From NCBI GenBank assembly GCA_963772675.1, contig CAVYYF010000007.1, positions 268,049 through 332,048 of the forward strand: a stretch of DNA of 64,000 nucleotides. The letters are read 5' to 3'. Below, piece after piece: positions 36,517 through 46,973 of the stretch; position 1 is the first letter of the stretch, and the number at the start of each line of letters is the position of its first letter. The notes below the pieces were generated by a model. The model ran no database searches and was not told the DNA's origin. It worked only from the letters and a program-made list of their open reading frames with translations. The stretch is from an uncultured Bacteroidota bacterium (GTDB lineage Bacteria; Bacteroidota; Ignavibacteria; Ignavibacteriales; Ignavibacteriaceae). Both the position numbers and the translations under genes were made by a program.

Positions 36517-37638
36517 ATGACTATTCTGCCTTTTACTCCCCCTAAAAGGATCTTAATGGGGCCAGGCCCTTCAAATGTTCATCCAAGAGTTCTTGAAGCA
36601 ATGGCTCGACCAACAATAGGTCATCTTGATCCACAATTCATAAAATTAATGGATGAGATAAAAGAGTTGCTGCGTTACGCTTTTCAAACAAAAAACGAAT
36701 TAACTTTCCCTGTCTCCGGACCGGGAAGTGTTGGAATGGAAACATGTCTTGTCAATCTTGTCGAACCAGGAATGAAAGTGATAGTCTGCATTAACGGTGT
36801 CTTTGGGGGAAGAATGAAAGAGATTGTAGAAAGGTGTGGAGCTACAGCAATAATTGTCAATGCACCGTGGGGTGAAGCAATTTCTCCTGACAAACTCGAA
36901 GAAGAACTTAAAAATAATCCGGATGTAAAGTTGGTTTCATTTGTTCACGCAGAGACTTCCACTGGTGCTCTTTCAGATGCAAAGACTCTTGTTGAAATTG
37001 CTCACAAGCATAATTGTCTTGCAATAGTTGATGCGGTAACATCATTAGGGGGTGTACCCTTAAAAGTAGATGAATGGAATATTGACGCTATTTACTCGGG
37101 TTCGCAAAAATGTCTTTCCTGCCCTCCCGGATTATCACCTGTTAGCTTTAATGAGAGAGCAGTTGAAATTATTAAAAACAGAAAACATAAAGTGCAAAGT
37201 TGGTTCATGGATATAAATCTTGTAGTCAGCTATTGGGGCAGCGCATCAAAAAGATCATATCATCATACAGCACCCATTAATGCCCTTTACGGTTTACACG
37301 AAGCCTTACTGCTGCTTCAGGAGGAAGGGATTGAAAAGTCCTGGCAAAGACACAAAACTAACAGCGATAAATTCATTGCCGGCTTAAAAGAATTAGGATT
37401 GGAAACATTTGTTAAGGAAGGTCAGAGACTTCCTGAACTTGCTACTGTAAAAGTACCTGAAGGTGTCGATGATGCTCACGTCAGAGGCCGCTTATTAAAT
37501 GAATTCAATATTGAGATTGGTGCAGGACTTGGTGTACTGGCCGGTAAGATATGGAGAATAGGTCTAATGGGCTATACTTCCAGCGAAAAAAATATGGATG
37601 CTTGTCTTTCTGCGCTCAAACAAATACTCAACAAGTAA
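36517..37638 (+). CDS. Class V aminotransferase, alanine-glyoxylate / serine-pyruvate aminotransferase-like
   Basis: MGPGPSNVHPRVLEAM and the PLP-lysine motif SGSQKCLSCPPGLSP. ATG 36517 is preferred over TTG 36502. Confidence 0.8.
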   Translation: MTILPFTPPKRILMGPGPSNVHPRVLEAMARPTIGHLDPQFIKLMDEIKELLRYAFQTKNELTFPVSGPGSVGMETCLVNLVEPGMKVIVCINGVFGGRMKEIVERCGATAIIVNAPWGEAISPDKLEEELKNNPDVKLVSFVHAETSTGALSDAKTLVEIAHKHNCLAIVDAVTSLGGVPLKVDEWNIDAIYSGSQKCLSCPPGLSPVSFNERAVEIIKNRKHKVQSWFMDINLVVSYWGSASKRSYHHTAPINALYGLHEALLLLQEEGIEKSWQRHKTNSDKFIAGLKELGLETFVKEGQRLPELATVKVPEGVDDAHVRGRLLNEFNIEIGAGLGVLAGKIWRIGLMGYTSSEKNMDACLSALKQILNK

Positions 37639-37644
37639 GGTTAA

Positions 37645-38964
37645 ATGATGAAACAGTATAAAAATATTATTCTTGTGGTAATAATTTTATCATTATCTCT
37701 CTATTTTAATAGCTACTCCCAAACTGCCGGAAATCTGATTCAAGTTATAAAATCACTTCCCGGAATATTATCAGTTCAGGAGATCAAACATGATTCAAAT
37801 TATGTTGCTGTTTACAAAATTAAGGTTAAACAGCTATTAGATCACAATAATCAGCAAAGCGAAAAATTTACCCAAAAGGTTTTATTATCATTTAAGAGTA
37901 AATATGCACCTGTAGTAATTTCAACCGAGGGATATGCCGCGTACAAAAATTACATAACAGAACCTGCCCAATTATTAAATGCAAACCAGATCATTGTTGA
38001 GAACCGTTTCTTTGATGACTCAAAACCTCAGGATATGGACTGGTATTATTTAACTTCTGAACAGTGCGCGGCTGATTTACATCATATTACAACGATTTTT
38101 AAAAAACTGTTTACAGATAGTAAATGGCTTAGCACAGGGATAAGCAAAGGCGGACAAACATGTTTATTCTATCGCTACTATTATCCTGATGATGTTAATG
38201 CTACTGTGGCTTATGTCGCACCTATAAACCTTGCCCAGGAAAACCCTGAAATAAATAAGTTTATTTCATCTGAAGTTGGCACAAAAGATTGCAGAGATAA
38301 AATAACGCAGTTCCAAATTGATGTTTTGAGACACAGAAAAGAAATCCTTCCGATGGTTAAAGAAATCGCAAGAAAAAATAAATACAAATTTTCCATAGGT
38401 CTTAGTAACGCATTTGAGTTTGCTGTCTTAGAATACCCATTTTCATTCTGGCAATGGGGTAAAAGTAGTTGTGATAAAATCCCGGGCAAGAATGCAACTG
38501 CAAAGCAGCTTTTTAATGAATTAAATAATGTATCTGGCTTTGAGTTATTTTCAGATAAAGATGGGAAATATTATCAGCCATTATTTTATCAATCATTTAC
38601 TGAATTAGGTTACTATAATTTCTATTACAATAGCCCTGAAGTGCTAAATATTATAAAAGCAAAACCTATCGAATCATATAAAGACTTTCTCCCTGAAAAT
38701 GTAAAAATAGAATACCGCCCCGAAGTGCTTCAAAAAATAAATGTCTGGCTGCAAACCAAAGGTGAAAATATAATTTATATAAACGGCGGAAATGATCCCT
38801 GGTCAAATGGAGCGGGAATTAAATTGACAGGAAAAACAAATTCAATAGTTTTTATGAACCCCGACGGTACACATGCAACAAGGATAAAGAGTCTTCCACA
38901 AAAAGATAGAAGACTTGCAAAGTCATTATTGAGCGATTGGGTAGGGATTATAATTAATAAATAA
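37645..38964 (+). CDS. Secreted serine peptidase, S37 (PS-10, prolyl tri/tetrapeptidyl aminopeptidase)-like
   Basis: Signal peptide. FTQKVLLSF...EGY...NQIIVENRFF...WLSTGISKGGQTCLFYRYYYPDDV. The GxSxG elbow and the layout recall Peptidase_S37. The family call is from memory. Confidence 0.55.
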   Translation: MMKQYKNIILVVIILSLSLYFNSYSQTAGNLIQVIKSLPGILSVQEIKHDSNYVAVYKIKVKQLLDHNNQQSEKFTQKVLLSFKSKYAPVVISTEGYAAYKNYITEPAQLLNANQIIVENRFFDDSKPQDMDWYYLTSEQCAADLHHITTIFKKLFTDSKWLSTGISKGGQTCLFYRYYYPDDVNATVAYVAPINLAQENPEINKFISSEVGTKDCRDKITQFQIDVLRHRKEILPMVKEIARKNKYKFSIGLSNAFEFAVLEYPFSFWQWGKSSCDKIPGKNATAKQLFNELNNVSGFELFSDKDGKYYQPLFYQSFTELGYYNFYYNSPEVLNIIKAKPIESYKDFLPENVKIEYRPEVLQKINVWLQTKGENIIYINGGNDPWSNGAGIKLTGKTNSIVFMNPDGTHATRIKSLPQKDRRLAKSLLSDWVGIIINK

Positions 38965-41592
38965 TTATATTGATTTGGGTATAGAAAATATCATTGTTGT
39001 TCCTACTTCTTTTTTACTATGCACTTCAATATTTCCACCCAGCAAATCCAGATATCTTTTTGTAATAGCAAGCCCCAAACCTGTCCCCTCATATCTTCTA
39101 CTTAATCCTAAATCTTCCTGACTAAAAGTTTCAAAAAGATGCTTTTGATAATCTTCTGACATACCAACACCTTCATCTTTTACAGCACACACAACATAGT
39201 CTTTGGTTTCTGATAGATTTACACTAATCGTTCCCTTATTGCTATATTTTATTGCATTACTTATTAAATTAACCAGAACACCTCCGAAACAATATTCATC
39301 AGTATTAAGAATAATTTCCTTTTCAGGTAAATGTAAATCAAAATTGAGGTTTTTGTTTTTAGCCTGTAAGTGTAATACCTGGTAAGCTGATTTAACAGAT
39401 TGATTAACCGATATTGGTTTTAAATTTAGTGAAAAATCATCAGCTTCAAGTCTTGAAATATCCAATACTTGCGTAATGGTATCAAGTAGCCTCAAACCTG
39501 CTTCCTCCATAGATTCAAAAAAATCTTTCTCTTCTTCAGAAGCCTTATTGTAATATGCTTCTTTTAAAATGCTACTGAAACCAAGTATTGCATTCAAAGG
39601 ACTTCTTATTTCATGCGAGACAGTAGATAAAAATCCGGTTTTTAAACGATTTGCTTCCTCAGCTTTTTCCTTTTCTGCTACTATTGCCATCTCAGCTTTT
39701 TTTCTATCACTAATATCTCTAACAAAGCCTTCAAAGTCAGGTTCGTCTATAGTTCCATTTCCCATAACGTGCGCATCAAGTTGAATCCATATTTTTTGTC
39801 CATCTTTTCTTTTCCACTCTATTTCAACATTTGCAGTTTGCCCTTTCGGCCTAAATTTTTCAATCAATTTATCCCTGACTTCTTGGTCTACATAAAATTC
39901 ACTAATGTTATGTTCCATTAATTCTACAACCGAATCAAATCCTAGTATTTTCGCAAAAGTTTTATTTGCTGTTACAATTTTACCATCTATCGTTGTTTGA
40001 TAAATACCAACTGGGGCAAGCTCAAATAAATTACGATATTTCTCCTCAGATAGTCGTAAAATATTCTCTGCTTCCTTTTGATCTGTTATATCTCTGTAAA
40101 TACCCTGAGCTGCTATTTCACCCTGCCATACTATTTTTGAAACACTTACTTCAAGTTCTCTTATTCCCTTATTCCTTGTTTTCCCCTTCATTTCATATCT
40201 ACTAGCAGAGAATGACTTGCTCTGTTGATACAATTTGAATTTCTCATTAATGAAAAGGACACTTTCTTCCGCAACAATTTGCATGATATCAAAATCATTA
40301 GAAGTAGCTTCAGCTGCAGTAATCCCAAATAGTTTTTCCCAAGCTGGATTTACAAGTACCAGCCTTTTACCATTCAGCACATAAATAGCATCTGATAACG
40401 AGTTGATTAAATTACTATAATTTTCTTCTTTTTCACGTAGAGATTTCTCTGCTTCTTTTCTTGATGTAATATCCAGCAATGTCCCAATTACAGCAGGTTT
40501 GCCTTCATAAGTAGTCCTTGAGCCAAAAACTTCTACATAGTTAATTTTACCGTCTTTCTTTTTGCCCCGAAATGTATAATGAAGCGAATTCATCTCCCCA
40601 TTAATTCTTTTACGAAGATTTTCACTTACAATTCTCCAATCTTCAGAAGGCGTAACATCCTTAGGACCCAATTTATACAGCAACTCTTCAACTCTATAGC
40701 TAAAAATTTCAGCAAGCCTCGGATTCAGATATTTGAAGATTCCATCTTGAATGAGATAAACCCCGACTATTGAATTTTCAACGAGTGATCGAAACTTTTC
40801 TTCTGATTCTTTTATAGCTTCAAGTGCTTTTTGCCTTTCAGTAACATCTGAATGAATACCTAATGACCCGATAACATTTCCGGTTTTATCGTAAACAGGT
40901 GCGCCACTGATCTCTAAAAAAATCGGACTTCCGTCCTTTTTTTTCATTCTTATATTATATCTGTCAGTGATACCTTTTTCTCTATCGAGATTTTTTCCCT
41001 TTATCAACTCCTGCATATCTTTATCAAGAAGGACCTCATATCCAACTTTCCCTATTAATTCTTCTTTTGAGTAGCCCAGCATTTCACAATAACGTTTATT
41101 TACAAATTTGATAACATCATCATTATCAGCCAGTACAATACCTTCACTTACTGATTCCACCAGTGTCTGGTATTTTGTCTCCTCTTCTTTTAAAGCTTCC
41201 TGCGATTCTACAGTTTTGGTTACATCTATTAATGAAATTATTCTTGCCGGAACACTATTAAATTCAATATCACTTGCAGTTACATCAACGTAAACTACTG
41301 TTCCATCTTTTTTCTTATGCTTCCATACACCGGCATTTGAATTATTGAATTCCAATGACTTATAGTATTCAAGGAACTTATTCTTTTCTTCTTCAGGCCT
41401 GATATCAAGTATGGTTAATTTCAAAAGCTCATTAGAGCTAAACCCATAATATTTTGCAGCAGCATTATTGACAGATATTATTTTAAGAGTATCTCTCCGA
41501 AAAACTATCTGTGGTATAGGATGGTTTTCAAACAGGAGTTTGTATAAATTTTGTTTTTCAGAATTAATATCAATATCTCTTTTTTCTTTCAT
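38965..41592 (-). CDS. Multi-PAS sensor histidine kinase
   Basis: 875 aa with about five PAS/PAC-like repeats (recurring ...RDITDRK / DITERK / DISDRKKAE linkers). H-box FLSTVSHEIRSPLN and HATPase GTGLGLAITKRY. Confidence 0.9.
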   Translation of the reverse strand: MKEKRDIDINSEKQNLYKLLFENHPIPQIVFRRDTLKIISVNNAAAKYYGFSSNELLKLTILDIRPEEEKNKFLEYYKSLEFNNSNAGVWKHKKKDGTVVYVDVTASDIEFNSVPARIISLIDVTKTVESQEALKEEETKYQTLVESVSEGIVLADNDDVIKFVNKRYCEMLGYSKEELIGKVGYEVLLDKDMQELIKGKNLDREKGITDRYNIRMKKKDGSPIFLEISGAPVYDKTGNVIGSLGIHSDVTERQKALEAIKESEEKFRSLVENSIVGVYLIQDGIFKYLNPRLAEIFSYRVEELLYKLGPKDVTPSEDWRIVSENLRKRINGEMNSLHYTFRGKKKDGKINYVEVFGSRTTYEGKPAVIGTLLDITSRKEAEKSLREKEENYSNLINSLSDAIYVLNGKRLVLVNPAWEKLFGITAAEATSNDFDIMQIVAEESVLFINEKFKLYQQSKSFSASRYEMKGKTRNKGIRELEVSVSKIVWQGEIAAQGIYRDITDQKEAENILRLSEEKYRNLFELAPVGIYQTTIDGKIVTANKTFAKILGFDSVVELMEHNISEFYVDQEVRDKLIEKFRPKGQTANVEIEWKRKDGQKIWIQLDAHVMGNGTIDEPDFEGFVRDISDRKKAEMAIVAEKEKAEEANRLKTGFLSTVSHEIRSPLNAILGFSSILKEAYYNKASEEEKDFFESMEEAGLRLLDTITQVLDISRLEADDFSLNLKPISVNQSVKSAYQVLHLQAKNKNLNFDLHLPEKEIILNTDEYCFGGVLVNLISNAIKYSNKGTISVNLSETKDYVVCAVKDEGVGMSEDYQKHLFETFSQEDLGLSRRYEGTGLGLAITKRYLDLLGGNIEVHSKKEVGTTMIFSIPKSI

Positions 41593-41671
41593 ATTGATTT
41601 GTTGAAAAAGAAATAAAATTTAATACCGGTGTATTCTGTTTTACTCTGTTAGAAAAAAAAAGATTTCTTAG

Positions 41672-42043
41672 CTAAATTGACAGGGCTTCTTTTACTAATT
41701 GTTTTACCTTAGTACTTTCAAATGGTTTTGAAAGGTAGTGGGAACAACCCGACTCTAAAATTACTTCCTTATCACCCTTCATCGCGTAAGCAGTAACAGC
41801 AATAATTGGCACATTTACATAGTCAGCGTTCTCTCTAATTTTTCTGGCGGCTTCAAGCCCATTCATTTCACGTCCAAGACCGATGTCCATTAGAATGATA
41901 TCGTAGTTTTTTTCTTGTGTTTTTTTGATAGCAGTGATACCGTCAACGGCCGAGTCTACATCACACATATCTCTTAAAAAAAGCCTAGTAACATCCCTGC
42001 TGGCTTTATCATCGTCTACGACCAATAATTGAGGTTTTCCCAC
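41672..42043 (-). CDS. CheY-like single-domain response regulator (GTG start)
   Basis: LLVVDDD, IILMDIGL, PIIAVTAY and YLSKPF. It lies upstream of the PAS kinase on the same strand. Confidence 0.85.
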   Translation of the reverse strand: MGKPQLLVVDDDKASRDVTRLFLRDMCDVDSAVDGITAIKKTQEKNYDIILMDIGLGREMNGLEAARKIRENADYVNVPIIAVTAYAMKGDKEVILESGCSHYLSKPFESTKVKQLVKEALSI

Positions 42044-42256
42044 GTCTGTTTTATTTATAAGATTGAATTATTATTAAAGTATAACTTAAATCAATATTAA
42101 CAATAGTTAAATCCCGTCATATATTAAATACAAGGTAGACTTAAACTAGAAACCTTTACCGGAATTATAATATCCATTTTATCCAAAAATATAGAAAGAA
42201 TAAGATACCTTATAGGTGACATAGAAAAGATATTCAAGCTTAACTGCTATTTTATT

Positions 42257-43723
42257 TTAATTTTTGGCTGCAAGTCTCCTTAGAATACCTTTCAGAAGGT
42301 TATAAAATTTCTCAACTGTTTCAATATTCACTCTTTCATCAGGCGAATGTGCACCCTGAATTGTCGGACCAAATGATATCATATCCATACCAGGATTTTT
42401 CCCTTCAAGTATTCCGCACTCAAGCCCGGCATGAATTGCTTTAATTTCAGGTTCTTTATTGAACAACTCTTTAAAGACTTCTTTTGATACTTTTAAAATA
42501 TTAGAATTGAGATCAGGCGTCCAACCAGGATATCCATCTGTAGTTGAAACTTTAGCACCTGCCAATTCAAAAATTGCCGCAACACTATTAGCAATGTATT
42601 GGTTTGTACTATTGATAGAACTTCTTTGACTTGTTTCAATAAGTAATACTTTTGACCTTGTATGTATTGTGGCAACATTTGTAGATGTTTCAACAAGGCC
42701 AGGGATTTCCTGACTCATTAATATGATGCCATTGGGTAAAGACAATAGGGTATTTACAATCTTAATTCCAAAGGACTTTTTAAAAACTTTTTTTATGGGT
42801 TTTTTCGTTTTTTTGAATTCAATTTTAATCTTACTATCTGCAATTTTAAATTCATTATGTACATTAGTTTCAAAGTTCTTAATAATTCTCTTTGCCTTAC
42901 TAACATCAGTTTTTTTGATTACTAAAAGTGCATCTACCTCCCGTGGAATTGCATTTCTTAAACTTCCTCCTTCGAGACTGGCTATAGAGTAATTCAAAGA
43001 TTCCAATCTATTTAATACTCTACCCATTAATTTAATAGCATTACCCCGTCCTGTATGTATATCTAAACCAGAATGTCCTCCTTTGAGCCCTGTTATCAGT
43101 ATTTCATAAGCCTCAGTACCCTTCGGAACCGCCGTTAACTCTAATTTAAATTCACCAACAGTATCAATTCCACCCGAACAACCAACATAAAAGGCGCCGT
43201 CTTCTTCTGAATCCATATTAAGAAGTACGCTACCGCTGATCATTCCCTTTTTAAGGTCCGTCGCACCCGTAAGTCCTGTTTCTTCATCTACCGTTAATAG
43301 AACTTCTAGGGGGCCATGTACGGCATCTTTATCTGAAATTACGGCAAGAGCTGCTGCAACTCCTATTCCATTATCACTGCCGAGAGTTGTACCATCTGCG
43401 GTTACCCACCCATCCTGTCGTATCAATTTGATCGGATCATTTTCAAAATCGTGTTTTGTGTTTTTATTTTTTTCGCAGACCATATCTATATGCCCCTGTA
43501 AAACTACTGTCTGTGCATTCTCGTAACCAGGTGTAGCCGGGACGTTGATAACAATGCTGCCTCGTTTATCCTGCTTGTACTGCAGATTTAAATCACCAAT
43601 TAGATTTTTAAGATATGCGAGTATTTTTTCCTCTTTTTTAGAAGGTCTTGGAATCTGCGAAATTTCATAAAATCTCTGCCAAAGACTTTCAGGTTTTAAT
43701 CCTTGTAAGATATTATCAGACAT
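42257..43723 (-). CDS. pepD: Aminoacyl-histidine dipeptidase PepD (M20C)
   Basis: LWQRFYEISQIPRPSKKEEKI, LQGHIDMVCEKN, GTTLGSDNGIG and LTVDEETGLTGA. The start is set at MSDNIL (43723), because the called start at 43813 overlaps typA. Confidence 0.85.
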   Translation of the reverse strand: MSDNILQGLKPESLWQRFYEISQIPRPSKKEEKILAYLKNLIGDLNLQYKQDKRGSIVINVPATPGYENAQTVVLQGHIDMVCEKNKNTKHDFENDPIKLIRQDGWVTADGTTLGSDNGIGVAAALAVISDKDAVHGPLEVLLTVDEETGLTGATDLKKGMISGSVLLNMDSEEDGAFYVGCSGGIDTVGEFKLELTAVPKGTEAYEILITGLKGGHSGLDIHTGRGNAIKLMGRVLNRLESLNYSIASLEGGSLRNAIPREVDALLVIKKTDVSKAKRIIKNFETNVHNEFKIADSKIKIEFKKTKKPIKKVFKKSFGIKIVNTLLSLPNGIILMSQEIPGLVETSTNVATIHTRSKVLLIETSQRSSINSTNQYIANSVAAIFELAGAKVSTTDGYPGWTPDLNSNILKVSKEVFKELFNKEPEIKAIHAGLECGILEGKNPGMDMISFGPTIQGAHSPDERVNIETVEKFYNLLKGILRRLAAKN

Positions 43724-43763
43724 AATTTCACCTCTATTTTTTTGATGCTCCCCAATATATTTT

Positions 43764-45611
43764 TTAAGAAACTGCCTGCACTGCAGCTTTCTGTTTCGCA
43801 GCCAGCTTAGCATTTTTCTTATCCATCTCTGTTAAATATTTTTTCCTGACCCTTATATTTTCCGGCGTAACTTCCACATATTCATCATCAGTTATCCATT
43901 CAATAGCCTGCTCAAGAGTCATAATAGTTGGAGGTTCCAAACGGATAGCTTCGTCAGCCCCGGAAGCGCGCATATTGGAAAGTTGTTTCGTTTTTGTAAC
44001 ATTAACACGCATATCATTTTCACGTGAGTTTTCTCCTACAACCATTCCTTCATAGACACGCGTTCCATTATCAACAAAAAACACGGCACGTTCCTGTAAT
44101 TTAAACATTGCATATGAAGACGCTGTCCCTGTTTCCATCGCAACTAAAGCACCGCGCTGTCTCTGCTGAATGTCTCCTTTATATGGCTCATAAGATTCAA
44201 AATTATGATGAAGAATACCGGTACCTTTCGTATCTGTCATAAACTCAGCTCTATAACCAATTAAACCCCTTGAAGGAATCAAAAATTCCACCCTGGTGTT
44301 TTCATTAAATGTTATCATATTTTTCATTTCACCTTTTCTTTTCCCGAGCTTCTCTATCACAATACCAACAAATTCTTCCGGTACATCGATAATGACATGC
44401 TCAACTGGTTCGCATAATACATCAAGTTTTCTTTTAAATATTACCTGTGGCTTGCTTAACTGTAGTTCGTAACCTTCCCTTCTCATATTTTCAATCAGTA
44501 TAGCTAAATGAAGCTCACCTCTTCCACTAACTTTAAAGCTATCCGGAGAATCTGTCATCTCAACACTTAAACTTACATTTGATTTTAATTCCCTGGAAAG
44601 TCTTTCACTAATATTTCTAGTTGTAACATATTTGCCTTCCAGGCCTGCAAAGGGAGAATTGTTTACCATAAAATTCATAGTAATGGTTGGTTCATCAATT
44701 GCTGTGAAAGGTAATCCTTCAGGTTTATCCGGGCTAGCAATTGTCTCACCGATGTTAACATCTTCAAGTCCTGCAATTGCCCCAATATCGCCTGCGGAAA
44801 GTTCTCCAATCTCTACACGATGAAAATCCCTATAGATATATAGTTTGCTAATTTTCGCATTAAGTTTATTACCTTCGCGGGATATGAGAACAATGTTATC
44901 ACCTAATTTAACTTTACCGGCGTGTACCCTCCCTATACCTATTCTTCCAAGATAATCGTTATAATCAATAGCAGAGATTAACATTTGAAACAGAGCATTA
45001 ACTTCGGCTTCAGGGGGAGGAACTGATTTCAATATTACGTCAAACAGAGGAAAAAGATTTTTACCTTCATCTTCTAACTTTAATTTAGCTATTCCCTGTT
45101 TTGCAATCGCCCACACATACGGAAAATCCAGTTGCTCTTCCGATGCGCCCAGCGATACAAAAAGATCGAAGACTTCATTCAGAACTTCGTCAGGTCGTGC
45201 ATCTTTCCTGTCAATTTTATTAATGACTACAATAGGTTTTAAACCAAGGTCGAGTGATTTTTTTAACACGAATTTTGTCTGAGGTAAGGGTCCTTCAGCA
45301 GCATCCACCAGCAACAAAACTCCATCAACCATTCGGAGCGTTCTTTCAACTTCACCACCAAAATCAGCGTGTCCAGGAGTATCTACAATATTTACCTTAA
45401 TTCCTTCATAGTTAACACTTAAATTTTTAGCAAGTATTGTAATTCCTCTTTCCTTTTCAAGAGCATTGGAATCCATTATCCTAGTTTCAACGTGCTGGTT
45501 GTCTCTAAAAACACCGGTTTGTTTCAGCATATGATCAACAAGTGTCGTTTTTCCATGATCAACATGAGCAATAATCGCAATATTTCTTATATCATTTCTG
45601 GTATTTTTCAC
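43764..45611 (-). CDS. typA: Translational GTPase TypA/BipA
   Basis: [38 protein letters not shown], and the BipA-type C-terminal domain. Confidence 0.95.
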   Translation of the reverse strand: MKNTRNDIRNIAIIAHVDHGKTTLVDHMLKQTGVFRDNQHVETRIMDSNALEKERGITILAKNLSVNYEGIKVNIVDTPGHADFGGEVERTLRMVDGVLLLVDAAEGPLPQTKFVLKKSLDLGLKPIVVINKIDRKDARPDEVLNEVFDLFVSLGASEEQLDFPYVWAIAKQGIAKLKLEDEGKNLFPLFDVILKSVPPPEAEVNALFQMLISAIDYNDYLGRIGIGRVHAGKVKLGDNIVLISREGNKLNAKISKLYIYRDFHRVEIGELSAGDIGAIAGLEDVNIGETIASPDKPEGLPFTAIDEPTITMNFMVNNSPFAGLEGKYVTTRNISERLSRELKSNVSLSVEMTDSPDSFKVSGRGELHLAILIENMRREGYELQLSKPQVIFKRKLDVLCEPVEHVIIDVPEEFVGIVIEKLGKRKGEMKNMITFNENTRVEFLIPSRGLIGYRAEFMTDTKGTGILHHNFESYEPYKGDIQQRQRGALVAMETGTASSYAMFKLQERAVFFVDNGTRVYEGMVVGENSRENDMRVNVTKTKQLSNMRASGADEAIRLEPPTIMTLEQAIEWITDDEYVEVTPENIRVRKKYLTEMDKKNAKLAAKQKAAVQAVS

Positions 45612-45732
45612 TAAGTTCCTTTAGAATTATAATTTAGATTTTAAATATAAGCAGAAAGGAAAGGACAAACAATGAAATGCAGTATGTAAAGGCGCAAAAC
45701 AGAGCAAATTCAGCATGATTTTACGTGAATGA

Positions 45733-46041
45733 CTATGTTACAATTTCTGTGGTTAGAGCAATCTCTTCCAGTATTCCGGAGACCTTTAAGCATTCTTTCA
45801 ATTGCCCTGTAAATACGATGGATTTTCCTTTTATATGGACTTCAAACGCGTGGGCCCTGGCTCTTTCGAAGGAACAGTGTACAGCTTTAATCAGTTGAGT
45901 AATAACCTCATCGAAGGTGTGCCAGTCATCGTTGTAAAGTACAACTTTGCTTTCAAGCCCTGTTGCGATTGTATCCTCGGTGAGAACATCAATTTCTGGT
46001 GTGGATATTTGTAACTCTTTGGTTTCTTCTTCCATATACAC
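45733..46041 (-). CDS. clpS: ATP-dependent Clp protease adaptor ClpS
   Basis: 102 aa. [44 protein letters not shown]. Confidence 0.85.
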   Translation of the reverse strand: MYMEEETKELQISTPEIDVLTEDTIATGLESKVVLYNDDWHTFDEVITQLIKAVHCSFERARAHAFEVHIKGKSIVFTGQLKECLKVSGILEEIALTTEIVT

Positions 46042-46206
46042 TAACTTAATTAATTATTTAAGAAAGATAAAGATCATTAATCTCTTACGTGAGTAATTTC
46101 CTCAATAAACAAATACGCTACTTAGGTAGCTAAAAAAGGGTTAATTGAATCTATACAAATTAATGTTTATTTTTTGATAAAATTAAATGGTTTTTATGGA
46201 GGAGAA

Positions 46207-46959
46207 ATGAAAATAGCAGTATGCGTGAGTCATGTTCCGGACACTGCAACAAAAGTTAAAATCGGACAGGATGAGAAAGCTATTGATCCAAATGGAGTTA
46301 CTTATATTATAAATCCGTATGACGAATATGCCGTTGAAGAAGCACTTAAGACGAAAGAAAAGTTTGGCGGGGATAGCGAAGTAATAGCAATAAGTGTAGG
46401 CAGTGACAATAGCAAAGAAACTATCAGAAAAGCCCTTGCAATGGGTGCTGATAAAGGAATTTTGTTAAAGGATGAAAATAGCAGAGATTCTTTTGGTATT
46501 GCAAAAGCACTATCGGAAGAAATTAAATCACTTGGCTGTGAGATAGTATTTTTCGGCAAGCAATCGGTGGATTATGATAATTCAATAACAGGCCAAATGG
46601 CAGCAACAATGTTGGGTTATTCGTGTGTTGCAGTGGTTGTCAATCTGAATATTGAAGGAGATAAACTAGTTGCAGAAAGAGAGATTGAAGGTGGTAAGGA
46701 AGTAGTTGAAGCTAAATTACCTGCAGTCATTACAGCACAAAAGGGATTAAACGAACCAAGGTACGCTTCTTTAAAAGGGATAATGGCAGCCAAAAAGAAA
46801 ACTATTGAAGAAAAACCAGCTGCGCCTTCGGATAATCTTACAGAAGTTATCAAACTTAAATTGCCTGAACCTAAAAAACCGGGAAGAATACTCGGAACCG
46901 ATAGTTCAGCAGTACCTGAATTAGTAAGATTATTAAGAGAAGAAGCAAAAGTTATTTAA
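46207..46959 (+). CDS. etfB: Electron transfer flavoprotein subunit beta EtfB
   Basis: MKIAVCVSHVPDT..., INPYDEYAVEEAL, AISVGS, and the ...RYASLKGIMAAKKK recognition loop. The ATG at 46207 follows ggagg. Confidence 0.9.
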   Translation: MKIAVCVSHVPDTATKVKIGQDEKAIDPNGVTYIINPYDEYAVEEALKTKEKFGGDSEVIAISVGSDNSKETIRKALAMGADKGILLKDENSRDSFGIAKALSEEIKSLGCEIVFFGKQSVDYDNSITGQMAATMLGYSCVAVVVNLNIEGDKLVAEREIEGGKEVVEAKLPAVITAQKGLNEPRYASLKGIMAAKKKTIEEKPAAPSDNLTEVIKLKLPEPKKPGRILGTDSSAVPELVRLLREEAKVI

Positions 46960-46973
46960 AGGGAATTTAATCT

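Noticed and set aside
43724-43813. A 30-codon N-terminal extension of pepD as called in the ORF track ([14 protein letters not shown]...).
   Set aside because: It overlaps the 3' end of typA by 50 nt. The conserved PepD N-terminus begins at MSDNILQGLKPESLW (43723).
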